Source of the DNA: a virus
Taxonomy: Duplodnaviria; Caudoviricetes
Virus record (IMG/VR): IMGVR_UViG_3300020508_000007
Coordinates: 1-57,459 of that record
Strand: one strand, 5' to 3'
DNA: 57,459 bases
Below, piece by piece: positions 1 to 8,959 of this stretch (its first letter is position 1; every line of letters starts with the position of its first letter). Under the pieces are notes generated by a model. The model was given only the letters and a program-made list of their open reading frames with translations. It was not told the DNA's origin and searched no databases. The translations under genes were made by a program, and so were the position numbers.

Positions 1-99
1 AGAGCAAGGTTCTTCAGGAGAGCAAGGTTCTTCAGGAGAGCAAGGTTCTTCAGGAGAGCAAGGTTCTTCAGGAGAGCAAGGTTCTTCAGGAGAGCAAGG
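1..99 (+). repeat. Perfect 18-bp tandem repeat AGAGCAAGGTTCTTCAGG, 5.5 copies visible
   Basis: Units start at 1, 19, 37, 55, 73, partial at 91; they encode EQGSSG. Confidence 0.95.
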
Positions 100-1195
100 C
101 ATTCTCAAAAATGAAGATATTGAGGGAGATCTTTTAAGTAGTCAAAGCGGTTCGGGCATAAATACCACACAACTTTTGGATGCTTATGTTGAAATGTTCG
201 CTTCAAAAGAACGCAATCTAAAAAGAAAAGAAAAATTAAGTCAACTTGTGAATATTGTCAAACAAAAGTTTGAAGAAAAAAAGGATTTAGATGCATCAAT
301 TAAGCAAACCCTTGATGAATTTGAAGCTGAGATAAGCTCTCAAAAGAAAAAAGTTGAAAAACCTGAAACGCCCACTACAGTTGGATCAAATGAAAATGCT
401 GAAAGATATCAAAAGGAACTTGCTTCCAATGAGCAATTCAAAATAATAAACAAAAGTTTGTTCAAAAAAATAGAAGCATTCCTAATAGACTTTGAACTAG
501 AAGATGAGGACGATTATGTTCTTGACATAAGTGAAAATAAACTTCTTTCAATATTAAGCGAAAAATTTGGAGAAGCAATGGCAAATAAAAACATAAAATT
601 GCAAACAGTTTTTAAATTATTAGGTTTGTTAGATAAAAAATCAATAAATACAATTGAGGATGTAAAAAAAATTATTGATGGAAAGGTAATTCCAGAAACC
701 ACTCCAACAAATTCTTCGATCACTGCTGGAAAAGAATCTAATGTTACAGTTAAAGATGAAAAAAAACCAAATGTTACGTCTAGCAAAGAAAATAAATCTG
801 TTTTTAGACCTAGCGACTTTGAAGGGCTTGCAGATTCTGAAATAGCTCAAAAAATTACTGAAAAAATTTTTAAAGACCTAAATTCTAACTCAGATGAATT
901 TAAAAAAGCAGCTTATGGGGAAATTTCAGATTGGTTTACAGAAGATTCATATGTAGACTTTTTAAAAAAAAGCATGCGTAAAATAGATTCTGATTTTTTA
1001 AACGGTGTGCGAAATATCGTTTCAAACTCAGCTAATCAAATAGCAGAAAAGTACGAAGCAGGCAAATCCATAAATGTTGAGGCCATGAAAAAAAACTTGC
1101 GTATAAGACTAAAGAATTTTTCTCAAGGTTATAACGTTAAAAACGAAAGTTTTTATGATAAATTAAGAAGCTTTGTACAACTCATTAGATCTTAA
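1..1195 (+). CDS. Hypothetical K/E-rich protein, 5'-truncated by the window edge, with (EQGSSG)n repeat
   Basis: Frame 2 is open from base 2 (GAG CAA GGT TCT TCA GGA...) into the 176..1195 ORF. Confidence 0.75.
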   Translation, partial: EQGSSGEQGSSGEQGSSGEQGSSGEQGSSGEQGILKNEDIEGDLLSSQSGSGINTTQLLDAYVEMFASKERNLKRKEKLSQLVNIVKQKFEEKKDLDASIKQTLDEFEAEISSQKKKVEKPETPTTVGSNENAERYQKELASNEQFKIINKSLFKKIEAFLIDFELEDEDDYVLDISENKLLSILSEKFGEAMANKNIKLQTVFKLLGLLDKKSINTIEDVKKIIDGKVIPETTPTNSSITAGKESNVTVKDEKKPNVTSSKENKSVFRPSDFEGLADSEIAQKITEKIFKDLNSNSDEFKKAAYGEISDWFTEDSYVDFLKKSMRKIDSDFLNGVRNIVSNSANQIAEKYEAGKSINVEAMKKNLRIRLKNFSQGYNVKNESFYDKLRSFVQLIRS

Positions 1196-1677
1196 AACTT
1201 TCTTGCAGAATCTTCGGCATCAAAAGTTTTTTTGGAATGAGATGCCAAGGCTTCAAGATTAGCAATGTCAACAAAAGTAGCGTCACCTGTAGTATCATCA
1301 ACTACGGGTGACGGAGCTTCGTCTAATACTGGAAGAAGTTCTTGTGGTTTGCTTATTGGTTTTTTCACTAAATCGCCTTGAATTTTTTGACCCGTTTTTT
1401 CCTCATACTCTTTAATCATTTCTGTATGTTCGGGATTATTTAGATCTAATTCTACTTCTTCATGTATTGAAATTACATGTTGCAAACTGTAAAAACTTAC
1501 CAAATCATTGTTGTAGGGATGAGTCCCCCAAATTCCGTCTGCTGTTATGGATGTTATCCTAACAACAAAATGCTCTCTTGATATTCGTTCGTCAAAAGAA
1601 CGATTCATAGATGTGGAGATTATACTGCACACTTTGTGAACAAAGTGTTGAAGACCTTGAATAGTTTTTGCGTTCAT
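1192..1677 (-). CDS. Hypothetical protein
   Basis: 161-aa ORF convergent with the upstream gene; no recognised motif. Confidence 0.7.
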   Translation of the reverse strand: MNAKTIQGLQHFVHKVCSIISTSMNRSFDERISREHFVVRITSITADGIWGTHPYNNDLVSFYSLQHVISIHEEVELDLNNPEHTEMIKEYEEKTGQKIQGDLVKKPISKPQELLPVLDEAPSPVVDDTTGDATFVDIANLEALASHSKKTFDAEDSARKF

Positions 1678-1712
1678 GAAATAATTAAGTGATAAATGAA
1701 TAGATATTTATT

Positions 1713-2318
1713 ATGCCAGCAACAAGTAAAAGCCAACAAAGATTATTCGGAATTGTACACGGTTGTCAGAAAAGTGACAAGAAGAAATCTATTTGTAAAA
1801 GCCCTAAGATTAAAGACCTTACTAAGAGTGTTTCAGAAAAAGATGCTGAAGATTTTGCATCAACCAAACATGAAGATTTGCCTGAAAAGGTCGAAGAAGG
1901 GCAAGTCTTAAAATTTAAAAAGTGGATGAACTGTCAAATTGATGAAAACAGAAATCGTACTGGCTTAAAATTTGGGTATCCTGATGGTTATTACAGATCT
2001 CAATATCCCGGCTTGTATAGCACCCCTATATCAGCCACAGCCGCTTTAGATTTAGAAAATGAAAGAATGATGCCAAGAAAAAATCGTGAAAACAAAAGTG
2101 GAATTCCCGACGTTGTCAAAAAGCCCGTAGGAATGATCAGCTTTCCAGAAAATACCAGTTTTAGTAATTGGTTAAGTAAAAAAGGTCTAAATGAGAATCA
2201 AGAGGAAAATATGAATAACAAAAAATGTAATTGCAAATGCGATGGCTGCAAAAAAGGTGATTGCAAGAATTGTTCTTGTGAGAATTGCTCTTGTAAAAAT
2301 TGCACATGCAATAAGTAA
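1713..2318 (+). CDS. DUF3008-like N-terminus with metallothionein-like Cys-rich tail
   Basis: MPATSKSQQRLFG...DFASTKHEDLPEK resembles DUF3008; C-terminus CNCKCDGCKKGDCKNCSCENCSCKNCTC. Confidence 0.6.
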   Translation: MPATSKSQQRLFGIVHGCQKSDKKKSICKSPKIKDLTKSVSEKDAEDFASTKHEDLPEKVEEGQVLKFKKWMNCQIDENRNRTGLKFGYPDGYYRSQYPGLYSTPISATAALDLENERMMPRKNRENKSGIPDVVKKPVGMISFPENTSFSNWLSKKGLNENQEENMNNKKCNCKCDGCKKGDCKNCSCENCSCKNCTCNK

Positions 2319-2319
2319 T

Positions 2320-3384
2320 TTACAAACGATTTAACATCAAAAGATTTGGTGTATTTTCTGTGAATGGCTTTTCAAATTTTTCGATGTAAGCCTTGATGGT
2401 TGAGGCATTTCTTTCAACAAGAAACTTATTCCAATCCTTAAAAGCTGTTGGGGGTCGCACATAATAAATTTGTGTGAGCCCCTTTTCCAGCAGAGCTTTT
2501 CCTATATCGACCATTGCCTTAAAGCCTGCTTCATCTGCGTCAAATGCAAGCACAGGATTATAGTTGCGGATTAGCTCTATCTGATTGTCGGACATGAATT
2601 TTCCTCCACATGCACAACCTATGAATCCAGCTATTTCCAAAGATTTAGCATCAAATTCACCTTCTTGAATGTAAATTTTAGAGCCTTTAGCAGGCCACTT
2701 AGTCATAAACAAGACATCTTTTTGATCGACAATTGTGGTTGGGCATTTCATATATCTCAAGACATCTTTTTTATCACTCATCAATCGTGAATTGTAATAT
2801 ACCAATTCATTTTTGTCATTGTAATATGGAATAACAATTCGATTTTTGAACTCTCCAGCAACACAAACATACAAACCATCAATAGACATTTTGCGATCTT
2901 TAAGATATGCACTTGCTCTGTGTGCCATAAAATGATTGCCCAGTTGAGAAATCAAATAGGTTGATGGTGGCAAATCAAGTTTTGGTTTTATTTGTTCATC
3001 AACTTGAGGTATTGTTGGATGTGTTTCTTTGTGACCAAAAAATTCGTGAACTTTTTGTTCTAAATCTCGTAGTGAACATCCGCCTGTAATTCTAGCTTCA
3101 GCCTCATCCCATTCCATGTTTTCTAGTTGACTGACTAATTTTACCAATGATCCCATTTCATCGGTCAACCAACACCTATACGATCCAAGTTCTGGATGCT
3201 CCGATTTTCCACCAGAAGGATTCATCCATAAGTGAAACTTAGTATCGGTTTTTCCAAGCTTTTTCTCAGACCAAATTGAATGAGTGCATATCTCCGTGCC
3301 GTGAGAGGTGTTACGAATTTTTATGTTACTATCGCCAAAATACTCTTTGGCCCAGTCCATAAACAAATCAAAATCGACAGCCAT
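2320..3384 (-). CDS. DNA primase (TOPRIM, gp61/DnaG-like)
   Basis: FKNRIVIPYY, EGEFDAKSL, FDADEAG and KDWN motifs. Confidence 0.85.
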   Translation of the reverse strand: MAVDFDLFMDWAKEYFGDSNIKIRNTSHGTEICTHSIWSEKKLGKTDTKFHLWMNPSGGKSEHPELGSYRCWLTDEMGSLVKLVSQLENMEWDEAEARITGGCSLRDLEQKVHEFFGHKETHPTIPQVDEQIKPKLDLPPSTYLISQLGNHFMAHRASAYLKDRKMSIDGLYVCVAGEFKNRIVIPYYNDKNELVYYNSRLMSDKKDVLRYMKCPTTIVDQKDVLFMTKWPAKGSKIYIQEGEFDAKSLEIAGFIGCACGGKFMSDNQIELIRNYNPVLAFDADEAGFKAMVDIGKALLEKGLTQIYYVRPPTAFKDWNKFLVERNASTIKAYIEKFEKPFTENTPNLLMLNRL

Positions 3385-3497
3385 AAATTACCTTATTTTT
3401 CTTGTTTAGTATTGTTTTATAATCCATTTTTTCCGATAATACAAATCGTGTAAACACACAGAATTAATGTGTGTCCAAAATTAAGGAAAAATGAATC

Positions 3498-4337
3498 ATG
3501 AATATCAATCACATCTCTGTGAGTCGCAAAAAATGTTTTGATCTTTGCCAGCAACAATACAAATATCGCTACCATCTAAAGGTGCCTGCTCCCGGCCCTG
3601 AGCCATTTTACTTCGTATATGGTACTATTGTCCACAAAATTGCGGAACTTTATGTCCAAGAAAATGCAATAAGACCTATAGGCGACATAGCCGCCGATCT
3701 ACTTCGTGGGAAAATTCCTCTTGAGGATGACAAACCATGCCCGGCCTTGCCTGATGATTACAAAACTAAACTGATCAAGCATCTACGTGCAATACAAAAC
3801 CTTACTCAAAGAGTAGGGTGCGATGGTATGGTTGAACACGAATTCAGGTATGATCTTGATCCCCCGAATGGAAAGTGCGTAACTGGTTTTATAGATCGAC
3901 TAATTATAAGAGGTGATGGAGAAAATAAAAAGGCTTTCATCATCGATTACAAAACTACAAAAAAAGGCAAATTTCGTGTTAACAATCAAACTGTCTTAGA
4001 AGATTTGCAACTTCGATGTTACGCCAGAGTTGTTCAACGAGAGTTTGGAATTCCTTCTTGTAATATCAAAGCTGCTTTGTTTTATCTTGATGGTGAAAAC
4101 ATAGTTGCCGCCCAATACAATGATGAATCGCTAAATAGAGTCGAAGAAGAGCTAAAAAATGGATTCATACAAATTGAAAACTCAGATCCTGATAAAGTTT
4201 GGGGAAATGTTAGCTGGCACTGCAAAAACTGTGATTACGCTTCTATGTGTCATTTTTACAAACCACAAGGAAAGGCCGAATCCAAATGGAGCGGAGATCT
4301 TGTTGAATTAGGTCACGATGACAATTGGACCGCTTAA
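3498..4337 (+). CDS. PD-(D/E)xK exonuclease, RecB/Cas4-like
   Basis: N-terminal C...GTIVH, GFIDRL...IIDYKT, QLRCYA and C-terminal CxxCxxxxxC. Confidence 0.85.
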   Translation: MNINHISVSRKKCFDLCQQQYKYRYHLKVPAPGPEPFYFVYGTIVHKIAELYVQENAIRPIGDIAADLLRGKIPLEDDKPCPALPDDYKTKLIKHLRAIQNLTQRVGCDGMVEHEFRYDLDPPNGKCVTGFIDRLIIRGDGENKKAFIIDYKTTKKGKFRVNNQTVLEDLQLRCYARVVQREFGIPSCNIKAALFYLDGENIVAAQYNDESLNRVEEELKNGFIQIENSDPDKVWGNVSWHCKNCDYASMCHFYKPQGKAESKWSGDLVELGHDDNWTA

Positions 4338-5239
4338 CGATTTGGCAGAGGTATATAATCAGGTGGATAAGTGCCTTGAGGGTTGTTTCGATCTATGATG
4401 GGAAGTTTTCTAGCATAACTTGTCCCAGCATCATTAAGCCATCCATATCCATTTTTTTCATTGAGTTCTCTCAATACATTTAATGGAGTAAAAAGACCAT
4501 TTCCATTTCCTTCTAATTCAGTCGTGCCCCAACAAATGCCAACATACAGATCTTCAGAAAGTAGTCCGCCCCCAGAACGACCCGGTCTAGGACTATTTTC
4601 TGTAGTGACGACATCAACGCCATGTTGTCCTAAAACTCTTACATCGTAATGAGCTATTTCACGACCACCATCGCACCCTATAGAATGAAGCCTCATATCA
4701 GTTTTGTACTCAAATCCCGGAGGTGAGATTGGGAAATACATGGGTATCCAATCTGGTTTGAATCTTAATAAACTACAATCTTGACCTCTGGTATTTATGT
4801 AATAAAGAACTTCAGCAGGGTACTCTTTGGGGGGATTTAATTTTTCATCGTTGTGATACCAAGTTATCACAGTGCAGTTAATTTTTCTTCGCAACCCTTC
4901 TTCGGCAGTCATATTACCAGTCCATAAATGCCCACAAGACTGAATATAGGCATAGCCATCTTTATAGTCATAAAATACGATAGTTCCAGATCCAGCTTTT
5001 CCTTTAACAGAAATTTTTACCCCTGCTGAAATCCATTTACGAACACTTATGTCTCTTTGTTCATAAGGTGCACCTCCATGTGCAAGATGGGCAAACGGAT
5101 CATTTTGAATGATCGGCATGGGCTCAACAGCACTCATGTCATAATTGAACTGTGGCCTATGATTAAAATCAGAATACATTAATGCTGCGGTAAAAATACC
5201 TAACACGATTGTTAGGGTCAAAAGAAATTTTTTAATCAT
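4334..5239 (-). CDS. Trypsin-like serine protease with N-terminal membrane anchor or signal
   Basis: SCGH, DCSLL and GRSGGG triad motifs; hydrophobic N-terminus. Confidence 0.8.
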   Translation of the reverse strand: MIKKFLLTLTIVLGIFTAALMYSDFNHRPQFNYDMSAVEPMPIIQNDPFAHLAHGGAPYEQRDISVRKWISAGVKISVKGKAGSGTIVFYDYKDGYAYIQSCGHLWTGNMTAEEGLRRKINCTVITWYHNDEKLNPPKEYPAEVLYYINTRGQDCSLLRFKPDWIPMYFPISPPGFEYKTDMRLHSIGCDGGREIAHYDVRVLGQHGVDVVTTENSPRPGRSGGGLLSEDLYVGICWGTTELEGNGNGLFTPLNVLRELNEKNGYGWLNDAGTSYARKLPIIDRNNPQGTYPPDYIPLPNR

Positions 5240-5307
5240 TATCTTCTCTTGGTGACAAAGTTAAAGTAAAATGCGAAAGTTGCATCTAATGTATATATGG
5301 AGGAATT

Positions 5308-5796
5308 ATGCTAAGATTAACAGTACATCATAACATCCATTTAACAAAGGAACAAAGATATGCTTTACACAACGGAGAAGATGTTGCAGTAGTTGGTGTT
5401 TCTTTGCCTATTTGGACTCACAAAAACGTTACAACAGAACCGGGAAGAGAGGTTTTTTGTCAGTACATTCTTAAAAATCCAAAACAAGAACTTCCAATAA
5501 AAATATTAACGAATGGTTATGAAATAACGATTCCCTATAGGGAAGGCACCAAACTCGAAATTTCAAATGAAGAATACAGAAAGCTTGTTTTAGAAAATCC
5601 TGAAGAATTAGAAAGATTGTATGAAAAAACAATCAGAGAAGTGTCTTCTAAAAACTTACTTGATATAAAAGATGGTGGCTCTGAATTTCTGAATTACAAA
5701 GAATTAAATCATGCTATGGTAAAACAAAAAGAAATTCATATCATGCACCATGTGACCATAGGCACTTATGAAAAGCTTGAAAAAAGTTTTATTTAA
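5308..5796 (+). CDS. Hypothetical protein
   Basis: 162-aa ORF with GGAGG ribosome-binding site. Confidence 0.7.
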   Translation: MLRLTVHHNIHLTKEQRYALHNGEDVAVVGVSLPIWTHKNVTTEPGREVFCQYILKNPKQELPIKILTNGYEITIPYREGTKLEISNEEYRKLVLENPEELERLYEKTIREVSSKNLLDIKDGGSEFLNYKELNHAMVKQKEIHIMHHVTIGTYEKLEKSFI

Positions 5797-6324
5797 TTAA
5801 ACAGGTGGACAGTCTTTAAGTTGCATCCCAATTCTCATAGTAACTCTATCGCCACTATTAAGTACTAATGCAGAAGGCAGAACGGCAGTTGAAATTAATT
5901 TTTCATTTCCATCAACTTCTGCTGTAAGAAAAAGGTTTCTTACAGGCGACCAAGTCCCAAGAGTTGCTACGAAAGCAACAATAGGACTGGTTGCAGTGTA
6001 GTGATTGTTATTAAAGTTTATTGCAAAATCGCCTGAAGAAGCAATTTCGGCTCTGACATATCCAAATCCATTAGGTTCACCAATTAGATCATCCATCGTA
6101 TCATCTACCACAACAGATTGTCTGTTGTCTAGGCCAAGATAATAAAAGTCAGGAATGATAGAACTTACTTTGCCGCCAACAAAAGCAGCTTGAAGAATAA
6201 ATTCTTCGCCTTGATTATGAAGTAAATTATTGATATTGTGGTCTTCCCACAACAAATTATTTGAAGAGTCCCATAGTTGGATCTCTTGAACTTTCATGAT
6301 GCCGTGCCAATTATTGTGTTTCAT
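5797..6324 (-). CDS. Probable virion structural (tail-associated) protein
   Basis: Beta-rich YLGL...EPxGxGYxR pattern. Start moved to the ATG at 6324, which removes the overlap with the 6340 ORF. Confidence 0.55.
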   Translation of the reverse strand: MKHNNWHGIMKVQEIQLWDSSNNLLWEDHNINNLLHNQGEEFILQAAFVGGKVSSIIPDFYYLGLDNRQSVVVDDTMDDLIGEPNGFGYVRAEIASSGDFAINFNNNHYTATSPIVAFVATLGTWSPVRNLFLTAEVDGNEKLISTAVLPSALVLNSGDRVTMRIGMQLKDCPPV

Positions 6325-6329
6325 AACAT

Positions 6330-6335
6330 TATATA
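6330..6335. promoter_or_regulatory. Palindromic TATATA, candidate bidirectional late promoter
   Basis: 4 nt before ATG 6340 (+) and 5 nt before ATG 6324 (-); neither gene has a Shine-Dalgarno sequence. Confidence 0.45.
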
Positions 6336-6339
6336 GAGT

Positions 6340-6627
6340 ATGTTGAGCTTCAAAAAATGGATACAATCAGAGAATCTTGCTGGTCCGGGTGGAGGCCCAG
6401 AATTTAACCCAGACAGTCAAGAATTACTGGCTAAAAACCAGCATGCACACGGTGTTGGTGCATTTCCTAGTTATGGCAATAGCCCTATAAACAAAAATAG
6501 GACTGCCACCTCAGATTATTTAGATCCTAGGTTCAAAAGAAAATATATGGCAAAACAAAATATAGTCTCTGCTTCTGTCGATAAGCAAGTAAAAAAATCG
6601 CTATCGCAGAAGCCATCTCATGATTAA
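6340..6627 (+). CDS. Small protein with capsid-targeting-like N-terminus
   Basis: Begins MLSFKKWIQSE. Confidence 0.65.
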   Translation: MLSFKKWIQSENLAGPGGGPEFNPDSQELLAKNQHAHGVGAFPSYGNSPINKNRTATSDYLDPRFKRKYMAKQNIVSASVDKQVKKSLSQKPSHD

Positions 6628-6667
6628 TGACATTTTTACTTTAAATATTTCATTAATGTAATTTTTA

Positions 6668-6711
6668 ATAAAGAACGGGACAATTACAAGGCTAATTGTC
6701 CCGTTCTTTAT
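6668..6711. terminator. Hairpin between convergent genes, likely bidirectional terminator
   Basis: 19-bp perfect inverted repeat ATAAAGAACGGGACAATTA / TAATTGTCCCGTTCTTTAT. Confidence 0.75.
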
Positions 6712-6734
6712 CGAATATTTAGTACAAGATTTAT

Positions 6735-7097
6735 TTAAAAATCTTCGTCATCATTGTCATAGTCGTCATCTTCTTCGTCGTCATCGTCGTCGTCATCTTC
6801 CCAATCATCGTCGTCATCGACATGTTGCCAGCCATTCCAATCATCATCTTCATCATCGTCTTCGTCATCATCATCATCGTCGTCATCGTCGTCATCAAAA
6901 TCTTCGTCGTCGTCGAAGTAGTCATCATCGTCGTCATCTTCATAGTCATCATCAAAATCATCTTCATCATCATCTTCATCTTCGTCAGCAAATGTTGTGG
7001 TTGCGACAGATCTAGTTGATTTCATAAACGCATTTGATTCTAGCATCCAGTCCATTACATTTGGATCTGTTTCTGATTGAGAAAAATTCTTAGTCAT
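6735..7097 (-). CDS. Extremely acidic (poly-Asp/Glu) protein
   Basis: About 80 C-terminal residues are almost all D/E punctuated by F/Y/W; GGAG site before ATG 7097. Confidence 0.75.
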   Translation of the reverse strand: MTKNFSQSETDPNVMDWMLESNAFMKSTRSVATTTFADEDEDDDEDDFDDDYEDDDDDDYFDDDEDFDDDDDDDDDDDEDDDEDDDWNGWQHVDDDDDWEDDDDDDDEEDDDYDNDDEDF

Positions 7098-7186
7098 CGT
7101 TCGCTCCTCCAAGGAAAAAGACTTACGGGTATATTAGGAAACAATTGCAGAATTTGCAAATTATTTCTGAACATTCAGGCAAAATT

Positions 7187-7399
7187 ATGAAAGATAAGAT
7201 CAAAAATGAACAAGTTAAACATCAGGTTCGGGGTCAGGTTGTGGATCAGGTTTATGATCAGGTTCTTAATCAGGTTAGATATCAGCTTTGGTGGAAGGTT
7301 AATGATCAGGTTAGGTTAAAGGTTAGTGATCAGGTTTATTGGCAGGTTAGGAATCAAGTTTTGAGACAGGTTGACAATCAAGTTTGTTTTCAATTATAA
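7187..7399 (+). CDS. QVxx-repeat microprotein, unit 1
   Basis: MKDKI start, 12-nt CAGGTTnnnnnn period; TAA replaces the GAA of the shared LEREI tail. Confidence 0.6.
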   Translation: MKDKIKNEQVKHQVRGQVVDQVYDQVLNQVRYQLWWKVNDQVRLKVSDQVYWQVRNQVLRQVDNQVCFQL

Positions 7400-7409
7400 A
7401 GAGAGATTA

Positions 7410-7622
7410 ATGATGAGAGATAAAATTATTCAAAATTTGACAGAGATAAAAAAACAGGTTTGGGATAAGGTTTGGGATAAGGTTGGCGAGCAGGTTGATG
7501 TTCGGGTTTTTAATCAAGTTGATGTTCAGGTTTTGGATCAGATTTATTGGAGGGTTAGGCGTCAGGTTAGGAATAATCGGGTTGATAATCAATTAGAAAG
7601 AGAAATTAATGATGAAAGATAA
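7410..7622 (+). CDS. QVxx-repeat microprotein, unit 2
   Basis: MMRDKI...QVWDKVWDKV...QLEREINDER*; stop overlaps the next unit's start. Confidence 0.6.
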   Translation: MMRDKIIQNLTEIKKQVWDKVWDKVGEQVDVRVFNQVDVQVLDQIYWRVRRQVRNNRVDNQLEREINDER

Positions 7623-7809
7623 GATTAATAAAGTTAGAAAAGAAGCTTTGTATCAAGTTGAAAATCAGGTTGGGTTTTAGGTTCGGGATCAGGTTAGGTG
7701 GCAAGTTTACAATCAGGTTAGGTGGCAGTTTAATGATCAAGTTTGGCAGGTTAATGTAAATGTTAGGGATCAGGTGGCATTTCAAATTTTTTGTGGTTGT
7801 AAATCCTAA
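7612..7809 (+). pseudogene. QVxx-repeat unit 3 with in-frame TAG
   Basis: TAG at 7678-7680 in GTT GGG TTT TAG GTT; unit 5 has GTT GGG TTT CAG GTT. Repeats continue in frame after the stop. Confidence 0.6.
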
Positions 7810-8193
7810 CTAGCTGCTAACTATTTTCCTATAAATCTCTTCTATATTTAGAAGGGTTTGAGGTATTTTATCAGGAATATGCTTTTGGTATAATGGAAGT
7901 AAATATTTTATTGTATTATATGCTAATTCTAGAATTTGTTGAGCATTTCTTGATAATTGTTCTGGGTCATTAACATTTAAACCTTCCATTGTCTTTGCAT
8001 TTTCCAAAGCCCACTTTACACTGACTAGAATAGCTTGCCTTCCTTGATCTGTGGTGGCTAATTTTTCTCTATGAATTTGATTAGGACCTAAGAGATATTG
8101 AAGGTTTTTAAAAAGGTTTTTCAATAGTTGAAAAGGCACTTCGGTTGTTTCTAGGTATTTTCTTTGGGTGATATATTGATTAAAAGTTTTCAT
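7810..8193 (-). CDS. Hypothetical protein with capsid-targeting-like N-terminus, inside the QV array
   Basis: Begins MKTFNQYITQRKYLE. Confidence 0.7.
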   Translation of the reverse strand: MKTFNQYITQRKYLETTEVPFQLLKNLFKNLQYLLGPNQIHREKLATTDQGRQAILVSVKWALENAKTMEGLNVNDPEQLSRNAQQILELAYNTIKYLLPLYQKHIPDKIPQTLLNIEEIYRKIVSS

Positions 8194-8304
8194 TGATTAG
8201 TTCCTTTTTGAGACAGATAATTAAACAAATTACGCAAATATGTATTGTGAATTGGTTCAAAAATTGTGGTAAGATAGCTAGGCGATTAGAAAGAGAAATT
8301 AATT

Positions 8305-8475
8305 ATGAAAGATAAGATTCAGAAAGTAATGGATCAGGTTTTTGATCATGTTTGGGATCATATTAGTAATCAGGTTTGGGTTCAGGTTTATAATCAATTT
8401 GATGGTCAGATTTATTGGAGGGTTAGGCGTCAGGTTTGTTTCCGATTAAGTCGGGAGATTAACAATGAAAGATAA
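8305..8475 (+). CDS. QVxx-repeat microprotein, unit 4 (56 aa, not in ORF track)
   Basis: MKDKIQKVMDQVFDHVWDH...QIYWRVRRQVCFRLSREINNER*. Confidence 0.6.
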   Translation: MKDKIQKVMDQVFDHVWDHISNQVWVQVYNQFDGQIYWRVRRQVCFRLSREINNER

Positions 8476-8809
8476 GGTTGTGTGTCAGGTTAAGTGGCAA
8501 GTTAGGGATCAGATTTGGAATCAGACTGTGGATCAGGTTAGGCGTCAAGTTGGGTTTCAGGTTAGCAATAATCTGGTTTTGTGGAAGGTTAGGAATCAAT
8601 TAGAAAGAGAGATTGATAGTCAACTAAAGAAATTTGTCCATATCTTATCGATTAATTCTGTAAGTTATCGATGTGCAACCATAAGTGTGCGGCTTGCTTT
8701 TTGGAGGACATGGCTTTTTTTCTACGACTTGCACCATTTTTCCTTCAGGGTTTCTTTCCATTTTTACAGTCGTTACCAATTTACCATAGATTTGCTCCCA
8801 TTCATATAA
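8465..8809 (+). CDS. QVxx-repeat unit 5; family similarity ends near 8620, rest is run-on
   Basis: MKDKVVCQVKWQVRDQIWNQ...QLEREID; tail overlaps an antisense ORF. Confidence 0.5.
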   Translation: MKDKVVCQVKWQVRDQIWNQTVDQVRRQVGFQVSNNLVLWKVRNQLEREIDSQLKKFVHILSINSVSYRCATISVRLAFWRTWLFFYDLHHFSFRVSFHFYSRYQFTIDLLPFI

Positions 8810-8950
8810 TGGAGAGCCTTCTAACGCCTGCGAAGGTGTTTCGCAAGTGTTTTCCACATTGCCACATCCGCAACCCTGATTATTTTCCGGCTTGCGTCTG
8901 CGAGTATACTCTATTGAAGATTCATTTGGGGTACAGCTATAACAAGACAT
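8645..8950 (-). CDS. Small Cys-containing hypothetical protein
   Basis: AGGAG site just after the stop of the upstream peptidase. Confidence 0.65.
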   Translation of the reverse strand: MSCYSCTPNESSIEYTRRRKPENNQGCGCGNVENTCETPSQALEGSPLYEWEQIYGKLVTTVKMERNPEGKMVQVVEKKPCPPKSKPHTYGCTSITYRINR

Positions 8951-8959
8951 AAGTTCTCC

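Noticed and set aside
3498-4337. CRISPR-associated cas4
   Set aside because: No cas1/cas2 or array nearby; stand-alone nucleases of this type are common in phages.
6731-7019. M/T-rich and I/V-rich ORFs (6731..6991, 6822..7019)
   Set aside because: Alternate-frame shadows of the Asp/Glu codon tract.
7678-7680. TAG at a Gln position suggesting amber-to-Gln recoding
   Set aside because: Long conserved genes are intact under the standard code, and TAG ends several genes (e.g. 7810, 34291, 44842, 52498). A single C-to-T nonsense change is simpler.
7187-8625. CRISPR array or diversity-generating retroelement
   Set aside because: Junction repeats are degenerate, the intervening segments are 150-200 nt and similar to each other, differences are not adenine-specific, and no reverse transcriptase is in the window.
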